The position numbers and the translations under genes are program-made. Below are positions 27,076-37,809 of a DNA stretch of 40,466 bases, in pieces. Source of the stretch: Betaproteobacteria bacterium RIFCSPLOWO2_02_FULL_68_150 (lineage in GTDB: Bacteria; Pseudomonadota; Gammaproteobacteria; Burkholderiales; SG8-39); the NCBI GenBank assembly GCA_001771975.1, contig MERE01000101.1, forward strand, positions 1-40,466. Reading direction: 5' to 3'. Positions within the stretch are counted from its first letter, which is position 1. Each line of letters begins with the position of its first letter. The notes beneath the pieces were generated by a model. It did not search any database, was not told the origin of the DNA, and was given only the letters and a program-made list of their open reading frames with translations.

Positions 27076-27828
27076 ATGGACAAGGTCGCGGTAGTCACGG
27101 GTGCGGGCACGGGCATCGGCAAGGCCTCGTCGCTCGCGCTTCTCAAGGCAGGCTGGCGGGTGGTGTTCGCGGGACGTCGCGGCGACGTGCTGCACAAGGC
27201 GATCGCCGATGCGGGCGGCGACGCTGCGCGGGCGCTCGCGGTGCCCACCGATGTCGGCAACGCCGGTTCGGTGCGCCAGCTTTTCGCTGCCGTCAGGGAG
27301 CGCTGCGGCCGGCTCGACCTGCTGTTCAACAATGCCGGCATGGGCACACCCGGCAACATCAATCTCGAGGACCTGACGCTCGAGCAATGGCAGGCGGTCC
27401 TGGCGGCGAACCTGACCGGGGCGTTCCTGTGCACCCAGGAAGCGTTTCGCATCATGAAGCAGCAGGCCCCGCGAGGCGGACGCATCATCAACAACGGCTC
27501 GATTTCGGCGCACGCGCCGCGGCCCAATTCATTGCCCTATACGGCCACCAAGCACGCCATCACCGGCCTCACCAAGGCAGCGCAGCTCGACGGTCGCAAG
27601 TACGACATCGCGGTCGGGCAGATCGACATCGGCAATGCCGCGACGGAAATGACCGAGCGCATGGCCAAAGGCGTGGCGCAGGCCGATGGCAGCCTGAAGA
27701 TCGAAGCGCGCATGGACGTGCAGCACGTGGCGCAGGCGATCGTCTACATGGCGAGTCTGCCGCTCGAGTCGAACGTGCTGTTCATGACGCTCAAGGCGAC
27801 CCAGATGCCGTTCGAAGGGCGCGGCTGA
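27076..27828 (+). CDS. SDR family oxidoreductase
   Basis: [25 protein letters not shown]; GGGAG SD. Confidence 0.93.
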   Translation: MDKVAVVTGAGTGIGKASSLALLKAGWRVVFAGRRGDVLHKAIADAGGDAARALAVPTDVGNAGSVRQLFAAVRERCGRLDLLFNNAGMGTPGNINLEDLTLEQWQAVLAANLTGAFLCTQEAFRIMKQQAPRGGRIINNGSISAHAPRPNSLPYTATKHAITGLTKAAQLDGRKYDIAVGQIDIGNAATEMTERMAKGVAQADGSLKIEARMDVQHVAQAIVYMASLPLESNVLFMTLKATQMPFEGRG

Positions 27829-27832
27829 GCGC

Positions 27833-28582
27833 ATGTTCGGACTCGCCGGAAAGGTGGCGATCGTCACCGGCGGCAATGGCGGCATCGGGCTGGGGATGGC
27901 GCGCGGCCTCGCCGGAGCCGGAGCGCGCGTGGTGGTCGCCGCACGCGACGCGAACAAATCGGAGGCAGCGGTGCGCGAGCTCGGCGCCGGCGCGCTGGCG
28001 ATCGCCGTCGATGTCACCGATGAGCGCTCGGTGGACGCATTGTTCCGCGACGCCGTCGCGCGGTGCGGGCGGCTCGACATCCTGGTGAACAATGCCGGCA
28101 TCAACATTCGCAAGCCGCCGCACGAGCTGTCGCTCGCCGAATGGCGCCAGGTCATCGACACCAATCTCACCAGCGCCTACCTCTGCTCGCACGCCGCGCA
28201 CCCCGCAATGAAGCGCGCCGGCGGCGGCAAGATCATCAACATCGGCTCCATGATGTCGATCTTCGGCGCGCCCTACGCGCCGGCCTATGCGGCGAGCAAG
28301 GGCGGCATCGTCCAGTTCACCAAGGCCTGCGCCGCAGCGTGGGCGCCGGACCAAATCCAGGTCAATGCCATCCTGCCCGGCTGGATCGACACCGATTTGA
28401 CGCGCAGGGCGCGCGTGCAAGTCGCCGGATTGCACGACAGCGTGCTCAGGCGAACCCCCGCCGGGCGCTGGGGCACGATCGACGATTTCCGCGGCATCGC
28501 GGTGTTTCTCGCCGGGCGCGCCTCGGACTTCATCACCGGCGCCGCGATCACGGTCGACGGCGGCTACTCGGTCCAGGGCTGA
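27833..28582 (+). CDS. SDR oxidoreductase (KduD/gluconate 5-dehydrogenase-like)
   Basis: TGGNGGIG, LVNNAG, YAASK, VNAILPGW, VDGGY. Confidence 0.92.
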   Translation: MFGLAGKVAIVTGGNGGIGLGMARGLAGAGARVVVAARDANKSEAAVRELGAGALAIAVDVTDERSVDALFRDAVARCGRLDILVNNAGINIRKPPHELSLAEWRQVIDTNLTSAYLCSHAAHPAMKRAGGGKIINIGSMMSIFGAPYAPAYAASKGGIVQFTKACAAAWAPDQIQVNAILPGWIDTDLTRRARVQVAGLHDSVLRRTPAGRWGTIDDFRGIAVFLAGRASDFITGAAITVDGGYSVQG

Positions 28583-28592
28583 AGCCCGCACC

Positions 28593-29360
28593 ATGGCGAC
28601 GCAGGGACGCCCACCGGTCAAGGCCTACCGCAACCGCGGTTTCCTCAACAGCAGGGAGGCGCGCGCGTTGCGCATCCTCGCCGAGTATCTCGAGCCCAAG
28701 AGCCGCTTCGAACGCCACCGCATCGACGACACCATCGTATTCATCGGCTCGGCGCGGATCCGGCCGCGCGGCGAAGCGCAGGGCGGCGTTGCCGGGATGT
28801 CCGGCTATTACGAAGCGGCGCGTGAACTCGCCTTCCGGCTCACCACCTGGTCCAAGGCGCTCGACTCGAAGGAGCGGCGCTTCGTGGTGTGCACCGGCGG
28901 CGGACCGGGAATCATGGAAGCCGCCAACCGGGGCGCCGCCGAGGCCCACGGCGTCAACGTGGGGCTCACGATTTCGATCCCGCTACCGGAATTCGAGAAC
29001 CGCTATGTGACGCGCGCGCTCGCGTTGCGCTTCCACTACTTCTTCATGCGCAAGTTCTGGTTCTACTACCCGGCCAAGGCGGTGGTCGTGTTCCCGGGCG
29101 GCTTCGGCACGCTCGACGAGCTGTTCGAGCTGCTGACGCTGGTGCAGACGCGCAAGATGACCAAGCCGATGCCGATCGTGCTCTTCGGCGACCAGTACTG
29201 GCGCCAGGTGGTCGATTTCGACGCGCTCGTGCGCCACGGCACGATCGATGCGCGCGACCTCGATCTGATGCACCGCGCCGACTCGGTAGACGATGCTTTC
29301 CACTGGCTCGTCGCGCAGCTCACCGAACACGCCCTCGGCCGGCCCGGCCCGATGCTCTAG
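28593..29360 (+). CDS. LOG family nucleotide phosphoribohydrolase
   Basis: [38 protein letters not shown]. Confidence 0.93.
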   Translation: MATQGRPPVKAYRNRGFLNSREARALRILAEYLEPKSRFERHRIDDTIVFIGSARIRPRGEAQGGVAGMSGYYEAARELAFRLTTWSKALDSKERRFVVCTGGGPGIMEAANRGAAEAHGVNVGLTISIPLPEFENRYVTRALALRFHYFFMRKFWFYYPAKAVVVFPGGFGTLDELFELLTLVQTRKMTKPMPIVLFGDQYWRQVVDFDALVRHGTIDARDLDLMHRADSVDDAFHWLVAQLTEHALGRPGPML

Positions 29361-30130
29361 CCCTTCAGCTTCTTCGTCGCCTCCAGGATCGGCCCGATGA
29401 CGTCCATCGGGAGCGGAAAGACGATCGTGCTCGATTTGTCGCCCGCGATCTGGGTGAGCGTCTGGAGGTACCGGAGCTGCATCGCCTCGGCGCGCTGCGA
29501 CAGCATTTTGGCGGCCTCGAGCAGCTTTTCGGAGGCCTGCAGCTCGCCCTCGGCGTGGATCACCTTGGCGCGCCGCGCGCGCTCGGCCTCGGCCTGCTGC
29601 GCGATCGCGCGCACCATGGTCTCGTTCAGGTCGACATGCTTGATCTCCACGTTGGAGACCTTGATGCCCCAGGCGTCGGTCTGCGCATCGAGCACGGTCT
29701 GGATATCGAGATTGAGCCTCTCGCGCTCGGCGAGCAGCTCGTCGAGTTCGTGCTTGCCGAGCACCGCGCGCAGCGTGGTCTGCGAGAGCTGGCTGGTCGC
29801 CTCGAGGAAGTTCGCCACCTGGATGATCGCAAGCTGCGGGTCGACGACCCGGAAATAGACCACTGCGTTCACCTTCACCGAGACGTTGTCGCGCGTGATC
29901 ACGTCCTGCGGCGGCACGTCGAACACCACGGTGCGCAGGTCGACGCGCACGTACTGCTGGATGCCCGGGATGATGATGATCAGGCCCGGGCCCTTCACGC
30001 GCTGGAAGCGCCCGAGCAGGAACACCACCGCGCGCTCGTACTCGCGCAGGATCTTGATCGACGCCGCGAGCAACGCGACCACGAGGATCAGCGCGCCGAT
30101 GCCGAAATTGAACTCGAATCCCATGTTCAT
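29357..30130 (-). CDS. SPFH/stomatin (slipin) protein
   Basis: [46 protein letters not shown]. Confidence 0.95.
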   Translation of the reverse strand: MNMGFEFNFGIGALILVVALLAASIKILREYERAVVFLLGRFQRVKGPGLIIIIPGIQQYVRVDLRTVVFDVPPQDVITRDNVSVKVNAVVYFRVVDPQLAIIQVANFLEATSQLSQTTLRAVLGKHELDELLAERERLNLDIQTVLDAQTDAWGIKVSNVEIKHVDLNETMVRAIAQQAEAERARRAKVIHAEGELQASEKLLEAAKMLSQRAEAMQLRYLQTLTQIAGDKSSTIVFPLPMDVIGPILEATKKLKG

Positions 30131-31458
30131 CTCCCTTCGCCGTTCTCGGCAACCACGATCAGGACGAGGCGCTCCATGCCGGTGACGCGCAGCCGTGCGC
30201 CGCGCCGCACCGGCCAGCGTGAGCGCACGCGCCAGTTCTCGCCGTGCACCCGCGCCCAGCCTTCGCTCTCGAAATCCTCCAGCGCCTCACCCGCGGCGCC
30301 GACCATCTGCTCGCGCCCGCTCACGACGGGCCTGCGCCGCTGGCGCACCAGCATGCCGACGACGAAGACCAGGAACGCCGCGCTCGCTGCCGCGACCCCC
30401 CCGATCAGTGCATAGGGAATCTCGAAGCCGGGCACGTCGCTCTCGATCAGCATGATCGAACCGAGCACGAAGGCGATCAGCCCGCCGATGCCGAGCGAGC
30501 CGAACGCGGGCAGGAACGCCTCGGCGACCATGAACGCGATGCCCAGCAGGATCAGCGCGAGCCCCGCATAGTTGACCGGAAGAAGATGGAAGGCATACAT
30601 CGCCAGCAACACCGAAATCGTGCCGACCACCCCCGGCAGCACCAGCCCCGGGTTGGTGAACTCGAAGATCAGCGCGTACGCCCCGAGCAGGAGCAGCAGG
30701 TAGGCGACGCTCGGATTGGTGATCACGGAGAGCACCCGCGTGCGCCAATCGAGCGGCATTTCGATCACCTGCGCGCCGGCGGTTTGCAGTTTCGAGACCC
30801 CCTCCAGCTTGCGCAGCAGCTCGGGCACGTCGCTGGCCATCAGATCGATCACCTTGAGCTTGAGCGCCTCGTCGGCGGGCAGGCTCACCGCCTCGCGCAC
30901 GGCACGCTCGCCCCAGTCCGCGTTGCGGCCGCGCAGTTTCGCCAGGCTGCGGATGTAGGCGGCCGCGTCGTGCGTCACCTTGCGCGTCATGGTGTCGACC
31001 GGATCGGCGCTCTCGTCCTTGCGGGGCTTGTCCTTCTTCGCGCTGCCCGGCTGCGTTTGCGGCATGCCGATCGACACCGGCGAGGCCGCACCCAGGTTGG
31101 TTCCCGGCGCCATGGCGGCGAAGTGCGCGGCGTACAGGATGAACGTTCCCGCGCTGGCCGCGCGAGCGCCACCCGGGGCGACAAAAGCCGCCACCGGCAC
31201 GGGCGAGGCCAGGATATCCTTGATGATCTCGCGCATCGAACTGTCGAGTCCGCCCGGCGTGTCGATGCGCAGCACGACGAGCGCTGCCTTGTCCTGCGCC
31301 GCGCGTTTGAGCGCGCGGCGCACGAAGTCGGCACTCGCCGGGCCGATCGCGCCTTCGAGCGGCACGACCATGACCGGTGCCGGCGCGGTGGCCGCGCAAA
31401 GCGGCCATAGCAGACCGAGCAGGAGGAACCGCAGAAGCGCCATGCCACGCGCCGCCAT
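30127..31458 (-). CDS. nfeD: NfeD family membrane-bound serine protease
   Basis: [26 protein letters not shown] block, C-terminal OB fold (VHGENW); start chosen at the ATG 6 nt after TATAGT. Confidence 0.92.
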   Translation of the reverse strand: MAARGMALLRFLLLGLLWPLCAATAPAPVMVVPLEGAIGPASADFVRRALKRAAQDKAALVVLRIDTPGGLDSSMREIIKDILASPVPVAAFVAPGGARAASAGTFILYAAHFAAMAPGTNLGAASPVSIGMPQTQPGSAKKDKPRKDESADPVDTMTRKVTHDAAAYIRSLAKLRGRNADWGERAVREAVSLPADEALKLKVIDLMASDVPELLRKLEGVSKLQTAGAQVIEMPLDWRTRVLSVITNPSVAYLLLLLGAYALIFEFTNPGLVLPGVVGTISVLLAMYAFHLLPVNYAGLALILLGIAFMVAEAFLPAFGSLGIGGLIAFVLGSIMLIESDVPGFEIPYALIGGVAAASAAFLVFVVGMLVRQRRRPVVSGREQMVGAAGEALEDFESEGWARVHGENWRVRSRWPVRRGARLRVTGMERLVLIVVAENGEGR

Positions 31459-31588
31459 ACCCGAACTATAGTCCTGCCCCGCCGCCTTTGGGGCAGTGCG
31501 GATACTGCGCACTGGCCAGAACACCTACCTAAGTCGTAAGACCATTGACCGACAGCGATGGCGAGCGCCGCGTGGTAAAACAGCCGGC

Positions 31589-32236
31589 GTGAGAATCCTG
31601 GTCGTCGACGATTACGCACTGGTGCGCGAGGGCTTGCGCCACGCACTGCAGGCACTTGGCGACAACGTCGAGGTCGTCGAGGCGTGCGACGCCGAGGAGG
31701 CGCTGCGCCTGATCGCCGAGATCCCCGCGCTCGACCTCGTTCTGCTCGACATCGGCTTGCCGGGCATGGACGGTTTTCTCGCCCTCGACGAGATGCGCCG
31801 CGGACACAGCTCCGTGCCGATCGTGGTCCTGTCCGCGTCGGCCGAGCAGCGCGACATATCGGCTGCACTGAACATGGGCGCGATGGGATACATTCCGAAG
31901 ATGGTGCCGCGCGAGGTGATGCTGCGCGCACTGCGCCTGGTGCTGGCGGGCGGGGTCTACATTCCGCCCCAGGCGCTCGGCATGCCCGGTTTCTCCGGCG
32001 CGCCGACAGGCGGTGCTGCCGCAGCGCCGAAATCGCTCGACGAACTCGGCCTCACCGGAAGGCAAAGGCAAGTGCTCGGCCTGATCGCCCAGGGCAAGCC
32101 GAACAAGGCCATCGCGAACGAGCTGCAGATTTCCGAGCCGACGGTGAAGGCCCATGTCACCGAGATCCTGCGCGCGCTCAAGGCCTCGAGCCGCGCGCAG
32201 GCGATGGTCACGGCGCGGCGCTTCGGCCTGCGCTGA
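31589..32236 (+). CDS. NarL/LuxR family response regulator (orphan)
   Basis: ILVVDD, LLDIGLPGMDG, GYIPK, LTGRQRQVL..NKAIANELQISEPTVKAHV. Confidence 0.93.
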   Translation: MRILVVDDYALVREGLRHALQALGDNVEVVEACDAEEALRLIAEIPALDLVLLDIGLPGMDGFLALDEMRRGHSSVPIVVLSASAEQRDISAALNMGAMGYIPKMVPREVMLRALRLVLAGGVYIPPQALGMPGFSGAPTGGAAAAPKSLDELGLTGRQRQVLGLIAQGKPNKAIANELQISEPTVKAHVTEILRALKASSRAQAMVTARRFGLR

Positions 32237-32332
32237 GAACGCCTGGGCGAGCGGCCAGACTCAAGGCCGGCCGCGCAAGCGGTCGAATTCCTCCGCCACC
32301 CAGCCGATGCATGGCCTGAAACTTACCCTGTT

Positions 32333-32911
32333 TCAGAAATTGAGACCGCGTATGTCCTGGTACAGCGCCTGCAACCGGGGAAGATCGGCAGCGTAATCGC
32401 CGCCGGGCGAAAACAGGGGAAACAGGCGAATCGCGCGTCGCGAGAAATCGAACGCGACCGGCAGCAGCGGCACGTTCGCCGCAAGCGCGATTTGATAGAA
32501 GCCGCTGCGCCACGGCGCGCCGCGCGTGCGCGTGCCTGCCGGGGCGAGCCCGAGCAATACCTGCGGCTCGCGCTCGATCATCGCCGCCGCATCGGCCACC
32601 GCTCCCTGAGGCGTATCGCGCACGACCGGCACGCCGCCCAGCCAGCGCATGAGCCAGCCGAGCCACGGATTGAACAGGGTGTGCTTGCCGAGAAAGCGCA
32701 CCCGCAGCCCGAGCGCGAACACCGCCGCGATGCCGACGAAGAAGTCCCAGTTTGAGGTGTGCGGCGCGACGATCGCGATCATCTTCCTCTGGTCGGGAAT
32801 CTCGCCCTCGATGCGCCAGTCCGCCGCCGCGAGCAGCGAGCGGCCGAGCCAGCGCGTCAGCGTGTTGCCGCGGCGCGGCAGGTTCGGCGGCAGTTCCGGA
32901 ACCCGCGCCAT
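32333..32911 (-). CDS. Lysophospholipid/1-acyl-sn-glycerol-3-phosphate acyltransferase family
   Basis: APHTSNWD (HX4D), LAPAGTR (usually PEGTR), WRSGFY. Confidence 0.88.
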   Translation of the reverse strand: MARVPELPPNLPRRGNTLTRWLGRSLLAAADWRIEGEIPDQRKMIAIVAPHTSNWDFFVGIAAVFALGLRVRFLGKHTLFNPWLGWLMRWLGGVPVVRDTPQGAVADAAAMIEREPQVLLGLAPAGTRTRGAPWRSGFYQIALAANVPLLPVAFDFSRRAIRLFPLFSPGGDYAADLPRLQALYQDIRGLNF

Positions 32912-32918
32912 CGCCCCG

Positions 32919-34583
32919 CTACACCTTGAGCGGCCGGAAGCGGATGCGCCTGGGCCGCGCCGCCTCCTCGCCGAGGCGCTTGACCTTGTCGGCCTCGTAC
33001 TCGTGATAGTTGCCGGCGAAGAACACCGCCTGCGAGTCGCCCTCGAAAGCAAGGATGTGGGTCGCGATGCGATCGAGGAACCAGCGGTCGTGCGAGATGA
33101 CGAGCACGCAGCCGGCGTATTCGAGCAATGCCTCCTCGAGCGCGCGCAGCGTCTCGACGTCGAGGTCGTTCGAGGGTTCGTCTAGCAGCAGCACGTTGGC
33201 GCCGGAAGCGAGCATCTTGGCGAGGTGCAGGCGGCCGCGTTCCCCGCCCGAGAGCTGGCCCACCAGCTTCTGCTGGTCGGCGCCGCGGAAATTGAAGCGC
33301 GCCAGATACACCCGCGACGGCATGCGGAACGTGCCGACCGCGATCTCATCCTGGCCGCCGGAGACATCTTCCCACACGCTCTTGTCCGCGATGAGCGCGT
33401 CGCGCGACTGATCGACGTGCGCCAGCTTCACCGTTTTGCCGACGCGGATCTCGCCGGAGTCGGGCTTCTCCTTGCCGGTGATCATGCGGAACAGGGTCGA
33501 CTTGCCGGCACCGTTCGGCCCGATGATGCCGACGATCGCGCCGGGCGGCACCGCGAACGAGAGCTGGTCGATCAGCAGGCGCTCGCCGTAGCCCTTGGAG
33601 ACGTTGCTGAACTCGATCACCTCGTTGCCGAGGCGCTCGGCGACCGGGATGAAGATCTCCTGGGTCTCGTTGCGCGCCTGGTGTTCCTGCGACGACAGTT
33701 CCTCGAAGCGCGCCAGGCGCGCCTTCGACTTCGCCTGCCGGCCCTTGGGATTCTGGCGCACCCATTCCAGTTCCGCCTGCATCGACCGGATGCGCGCCGC
33801 CTCCTGGCTGGCCTCGACTTCGAGGCGCTTTTCCTTCTGCTCCAGCCACGAGGAATAGTTGCCTTGCCACGGAATTCCATGGCCGCGGTCGAGCTCGAGT
33901 ATCCAGCCGGCGGCGTTGTCGAGGAAATAGCGATCGTGCGTGACCGCGACCACTGTACCGGGAAAGCGCTGCAGGTACTGCTCGAGCCATTCGACGCTTT
34001 CGGCGTCGAGGTGGTTGGTGGGTTCGTCGAGCAGCAGCAGGTCGGGCTTGGACAGCAGCAGCCGGCAAAGCGCCACGCGCCGCTTTTCTCCGCCCGAAAG
34101 CTGCGCGACTTTCTGCTCCCAAGGCGGCAAGCGCAACGCATCGGCCGCGATCTCAAGCTGGTGCCCGACATCGCTGCCGCCCGCGCTGATCACTGCCTCG
34201 AGCCGCGCCTGCTCTTCGGCCAACTGGTCGAAATCCGCGTCGGGCTCCGAATATGCGGCGTAGACCTCGTCGAGCCGCTTTTTTGCCAGTGCGGTCTCGC
34301 CCAGGCCCTCCTCTACGCACTCGCGCACGGTGCGCGCCGGATCGAGCTGCGGCTCCTGCGGCAGATGGCCGACGCGGATCCCCGGCATGCGGATCACTTC
34401 GCCTTCGTAATTGTCGTCCTCGCCCGCCATGATGCGCAGCAGCGTCGACTTGCCCGAGCCGTTGAGACCCAGCACGCCGATCTTGGCGCCCGGGAAAAAA
34501 TTGAGCGAGATGTTCTTGAGGATGTTGCGCTGGGGCGGCACTTTCTTGCTCACCCGGCGCATCGTGTAGACGTATTTGGCCAT
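32919..34583 (-). CDS. ettA: Energy-dependent translational throttle ABC-F ATPase
   Basis: MAKYVYTMRRVSK, FFPGAKIGVLGLNGSGKST, two ABC domains, PKGRQAKSKAR linker, 554 aa. Confidence 0.96.
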   Translation of the reverse strand: MAKYVYTMRRVSKKVPPQRNILKNISLNFFPGAKIGVLGLNGSGKSTLLRIMAGEDDNYEGEVIRMPGIRVGHLPQEPQLDPARTVRECVEEGLGETALAKKRLDEVYAAYSEPDADFDQLAEEQARLEAVISAGGSDVGHQLEIAADALRLPPWEQKVAQLSGGEKRRVALCRLLLSKPDLLLLDEPTNHLDAESVEWLEQYLQRFPGTVVAVTHDRYFLDNAAGWILELDRGHGIPWQGNYSSWLEQKEKRLEVEASQEAARIRSMQAELEWVRQNPKGRQAKSKARLARFEELSSQEHQARNETQEIFIPVAERLGNEVIEFSNVSKGYGERLLIDQLSFAVPPGAIVGIIGPNGAGKSTLFRMITGKEKPDSGEIRVGKTVKLAHVDQSRDALIADKSVWEDVSGGQDEIAVGTFRMPSRVYLARFNFRGADQQKLVGQLSGGERGRLHLAKMLASGANVLLLDEPSNDLDVETLRALEEALLEYAGCVLVISHDRWFLDRIATHILAFEGDSQAVFFAGNYHEYEADKVKRLGEEAARPRRIRFRPLKV

Positions 34584-34643
34584 GTTTACCCAGCGCATAA
34601 AAAGGGCGCCAGATTACAGGATGCGCCCGCGCGCGGGTACCGT

Positions 34644-35192
34644 TCAGCCGCGCGGCAGCAGGAATGCGAACACCGCCCCGAGAGTTCTCAGCAGGGTCAG
34701 CGTGCGCGGATCCCCCTGGCGCACCTTTGCGGCCGCTTCGACCCGGATTTCGGATGCGCGCAGCGCACCGGCGTCCTCTGGCGCGCAGAATAGACACTGA
34801 AGGTGAAAATCCACCACGGTGTTGCGCGGCAACGGGCGGATCTCGTAGACCAGGGCTTGCGCCACTTCCCGGTGAGCGATTACGGGATCCGGCCGGCGTT
34901 CGGTGCTGGCGCGAATGTCGAATACCCGCGTGCTGATCATCCAGCGCGAAGCCGCGGCCGGCAGGTGAAGGAGGACCACGTCCTGCTCGACGTTTCCAGT
35001 ATTCCCCACCGACACGCGCATCCAGGCCGCGCAGCCGCGCCCCGCGGGCGCATCGAAGCAGCCGAACTCGGTCAGCTCGCTCGAATAAAGCACTTCACGC
35101 GCCGGGATGAGCAGCGCCGCCACGCCGAGCGCGCAACCGACCGCGGCGGCGGCAATGCCCAACGCGACGCTCCTGTCCCGGCCCCAGCTCAC
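34644..35192 (-). CDS. Hypothetical membrane-anchored protein (Ig-like beta-rich middle region)
   Basis: N- and C-terminal hydrophobic segments, Cys pairs, VGNTG; TAACCT 7 nt before the GTG. Confidence 0.6.
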   Translation of the reverse strand: MSWGRDRSVALGIAAAAVGCALGVAALLIPAREVLYSSELTEFGCFDAPAGRGCAAWMRVSVGNTGNVEQDVVLLHLPAAASRWMISTRVFDIRASTERRPDPVIAHREVAQALVYEIRPLPRNTVVDFHLQCLFCAPEDAGALRASEIRVEAAAKVRQGDPRTLTLLRTLGAVFAFLLPRG

Positions 35193-35236
35193 GCCGGAGA
35201 GGTTACCTCAGGCGCCAGGCTTTCAGCCGGGGCGCC

Positions 35237-36487
35237 TCAGCCCGACGCCAGGCTGATGACGAAGCAGCATGCGGCGCGATCGTCCCCGACGCAGGTGGCG
35301 TCGCCGCCGTGCCGTCGCGCGATCTGGCGCACCAGCGCCAGCCCGAGGCCGGCGCCCTGGCCGGACCCGGGGCGGCGGTAGAACGGTTCGAACACGCGCT
35401 CGCGCTCGTCCTGCGGGATCCCGGCGCCGTGATCGCAGACCCGGATCTCGGCACCGCGCCCCGAATCCGCGACCCGTAGCTCGATCGGTGGCCTGCCGTG
35501 GCGCTGCGCGTTCTCGAGCAGATTGCGCACCAGCCGGCGCAGCAATCTCGGGTCGCCGCGCACCGTCACCGCCTGCCCGTCGAGCTCGGCCCCCTCGTAG
35601 CGCACGCACTCCTCGGCAGCGAGCGCCAGCAGATCGACCGGCTCGGCGGCTTCCAGCCCCTTCACCGCGTCGAGCCGGCTCGCGAGCAGAATCTCCTCGA
35701 TGAGCGCGTCCAGCTCGGCGATGTCCTGCTCGAGCTCCGCCTTGCGGCGCGGCTCGGCGCCCTGTTTCATCAGCTCGATCGCCATGCGGATGCGCGCCAG
35801 CGGCGTACGCAGTTCATGCGAGGCATTCGCCAGCAGGTTGCGGTGCGCGCCGACCAGCTGCTCGATGCGCGCTGCGGCGTCGTTGAAGCTCATCGCGAGC
35901 CGCGCCACCTCGTCGCGGCCCTCGACCTTGACGCGCGCCGCCAGATCGCCCGCGCCCAGCGCTTGCACGCCGCCGCGCAGATCCTCCAGCCGCCGCGTGA
36001 TGCGTCGCACCACGGGATAGGCGCCGACGCCGACCGCAAGCACGAGCAGCGCGAGGACCCATAACGGCCCCGGCCGGCGCGTGCGCCAGAAATAGTCGCG
36101 CGGAACGCGCGCGATCAGCCAGCGACCGTCGGCGAGCTGCACGCTCCATGCGGGCGGCCCGCCGTGACGGTAGATGCGTCCGCTATGGCTGCGCTCGGTC
36201 TCCGGCGGCGGCAACGGCCGGCCCGCCTGCGCGATCAGCGAGCGATCGGCGCCGTAGAGCGCCACATCGCCGCGCAGGCGTGCCGCGAGCCGGTCCACCG
36301 CCTCGCGCTGTGCCGCGGCTGGCGCGCCCGTCTCCGGCAGGCCCTGTCCCGCCTCGGCGACGACCTCTGCCGGATGGCGCGGTGCCATCTGATCGAGGTA
36401 AATCCACCACAGCGCTCCGGCGACCGAGGCGAACACCAGAAGGCTCGCCACGACGGTGAAATAGACCTGCAGGTACAGGCGCCTCAT
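35237..36487 (-). CDS. HAMP sensor histidine kinase
   Basis: Two TMs, ASHELRTPLARI, NLLENA, DHGAGIP, GAGLGLAL. Confidence 0.95.
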   Translation of the reverse strand: MRRLYLQVYFTVVASLLVFASVAGALWWIYLDQMAPRHPAEVVAEAGQGLPETGAPAAAQREAVDRLAARLRGDVALYGADRSLIAQAGRPLPPPETERSHSGRIYRHGGPPAWSVQLADGRWLIARVPRDYFWRTRRPGPLWVLALLVLAVGVGAYPVVRRITRRLEDLRGGVQALGAGDLAARVKVEGRDEVARLAMSFNDAAARIEQLVGAHRNLLANASHELRTPLARIRMAIELMKQGAEPRRKAELEQDIAELDALIEEILLASRLDAVKGLEAAEPVDLLALAAEECVRYEGAELDGQAVTVRGDPRLLRRLVRNLLENAQRHGRPPIELRVADSGRGAEIRVCDHGAGIPQDERERVFEPFYRRPGSGQGAGLGLALVRQIARRHGGDATCVGDDRAACCFVISLASG

Positions 36488-37173
36488 GGGTCCTGCGCTC
36501 GGGCGAACACGTAGCCTGCGCCCCGCACGGTGAGAATGCGGCGCGGTTTTTTCGGGTCGTCCTCGATCGCGGCGCGAATGCGCGACACATGCACATCGAT
36601 CGAGCGATCGAACGCCTCGAGCGGCTCGCCCTTGACGAGATCCATCAGCTGTTCGCGGGAGAGCACGCGGCCCGCGTGCTCGGACAACGCGAGGAGCAGG
36701 GCAAACTGATAGCCGGTGAGCGGCTTGTCGGCACCGTCCAGCCGGACCGTGCGGGCATCGCGGTCGATTTCGAGCCGGCCGAAGCGCAGCGCGCCGCCCG
36801 CCGAACCGCGCGATCCACGCCGCAGGATGGCGCGCAGCCGGGCCAGCAGCTCGCGCGGCTCGAAAGGCTTGGGCAGGTAGTCGTCGGCGCCCATTTCCAG
36901 GCCTACGATGCGATCGGCAGGGTCGCCGCGCGCGGTCAGCATCAGGATCGGCAGCGCGCTCGCCTGCCGAACGCGCCGGCAGACCTCGAGTCCGCTGAGA
37001 TCGGGCAGCATCAAGTCGAGTACCAGCGCATCGAACGGCTCGCGTGCGAGCCGCTCGATGCCGGAGCCGCCGCGGGGTTCCACCGCAACTCGATAGCCTG
37101 CCTCGCCCAGGTATTCAGCCACCATGCCGGCAAGGCGGGCGTCGTCCTCGATCAGCAGGATGCGCTGCGGCAT
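36484..37173 (-). CDS. OmpR family response regulator
   Basis: LLIEDD, LDLMLP, GADDYLPKPF, DRSIDVHVSRIR, TVRGAGY. Confidence 0.96.
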   Translation of the reverse strand: MPQRILLIEDDARLAGMVAEYLGEAGYRVAVEPRGGSGIERLAREPFDALVLDLMLPDLSGLEVCRRVRQASALPILMLTARGDPADRIVGLEMGADDYLPKPFEPRELLARLRAILRRGSRGSAGGALRFGRLEIDRDARTVRLDGADKPLTGYQFALLLALSEHAGRVLSREQLMDLVKGEPLEAFDRSIDVHVSRIRAAIEDDPKKPRRILTVRGAGYVFARAQDP

Positions 37174-37182
37174 CCGGCGAGT

Positions 37183-37710
37183 CTAGCCCCGATGCATGCG
37201 CCCGCCGCCGCGCCCGCCCCTTCGCTGCTGAATGTGCTGGGCAGCTTTCTTGCGCTGTTCAGGGGTCAGCACGTCGGCAGCATCGGCGAGTGCCTGCGAC
37301 AGGCGCTTCGATGCGGCGTCCGCCGCCTGGATCTGCTCGCCGCGCAGCCGCTCGAGCGCGGCACGGTCGACCGTAGGCGCAGACAGCAGCTCCATGCCGC
37401 GCTTGCGCGCCTCCGTCACCTTCTGGCGCAGCGGATGCAGTTCCTTCGCTGCGGACTTGGCGATCTCTACGAGCTTCGCGCTCTGCTCCGGCGTGGCGTC
37501 GACTTCAACCGCGAAGTGCTTCACCATGCGCTCGATGCGCTGGTCCAGTTGCGCTGCATCGAACCGGCCACCCATGAAACCGCGCCCCTGCGGGCCGTGA
37601 CCCGGGCCGCCGTGCGCCCAGGCGTTGACGCCGATGCCGGCGGCCAGGCTACCGACCAGTGTTGCGATCGTTGCGCGCCGGAAGAAGCGGCGCCTGCTGT
37701 TGTCTTCCAT
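37183..37710 (-). CDS. Spy/CpxP family periplasmic protein
   Basis: Signal peptide, Gly/His-rich linker, ATPEQ and LTPEQR motifs; AAGGA SD; first gene of an RR-HK operon. Confidence 0.88.
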   Translation of the reverse strand: MEDNSRRRFFRRATIATLVGSLAAGIGVNAWAHGGPGHGPQGRGFMGGRFDAAQLDQRIERMVKHFAVEVDATPEQSAKLVEIAKSAAKELHPLRQKVTEARKRGMELLSAPTVDRAALERLRGEQIQAADAASKRLSQALADAADVLTPEQRKKAAQHIQQRRGGRGGGRMHRG

Positions 37711-37771
37711 GATGGTTCCTTTCGTTGGGTGAAAACCGGGATTCCGGTGAGGTGCAGTCTGCCCCGGACCC

Positions 37772-37809
37772 GTAAGCCGAATATCTCGGCCGCGTAAAGT
37801 TATGTTAAG
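37772..37809. promoter_or_regulatory. CpxR/OmpR-type direct-repeat box upstream of the spy-like operon
   Basis: GTAAAG-N4-GTTAAG (37794-37809) plus GTAAGC at 37772. Confidence 0.55.

Noticed and set aside
15228-34583. glnS, cspA, arfB and ettA as one translation-control system
   Set aside because: They are spread over 19 kb with unrelated genes between them and mixed orientations; co-location alone is not evidence.
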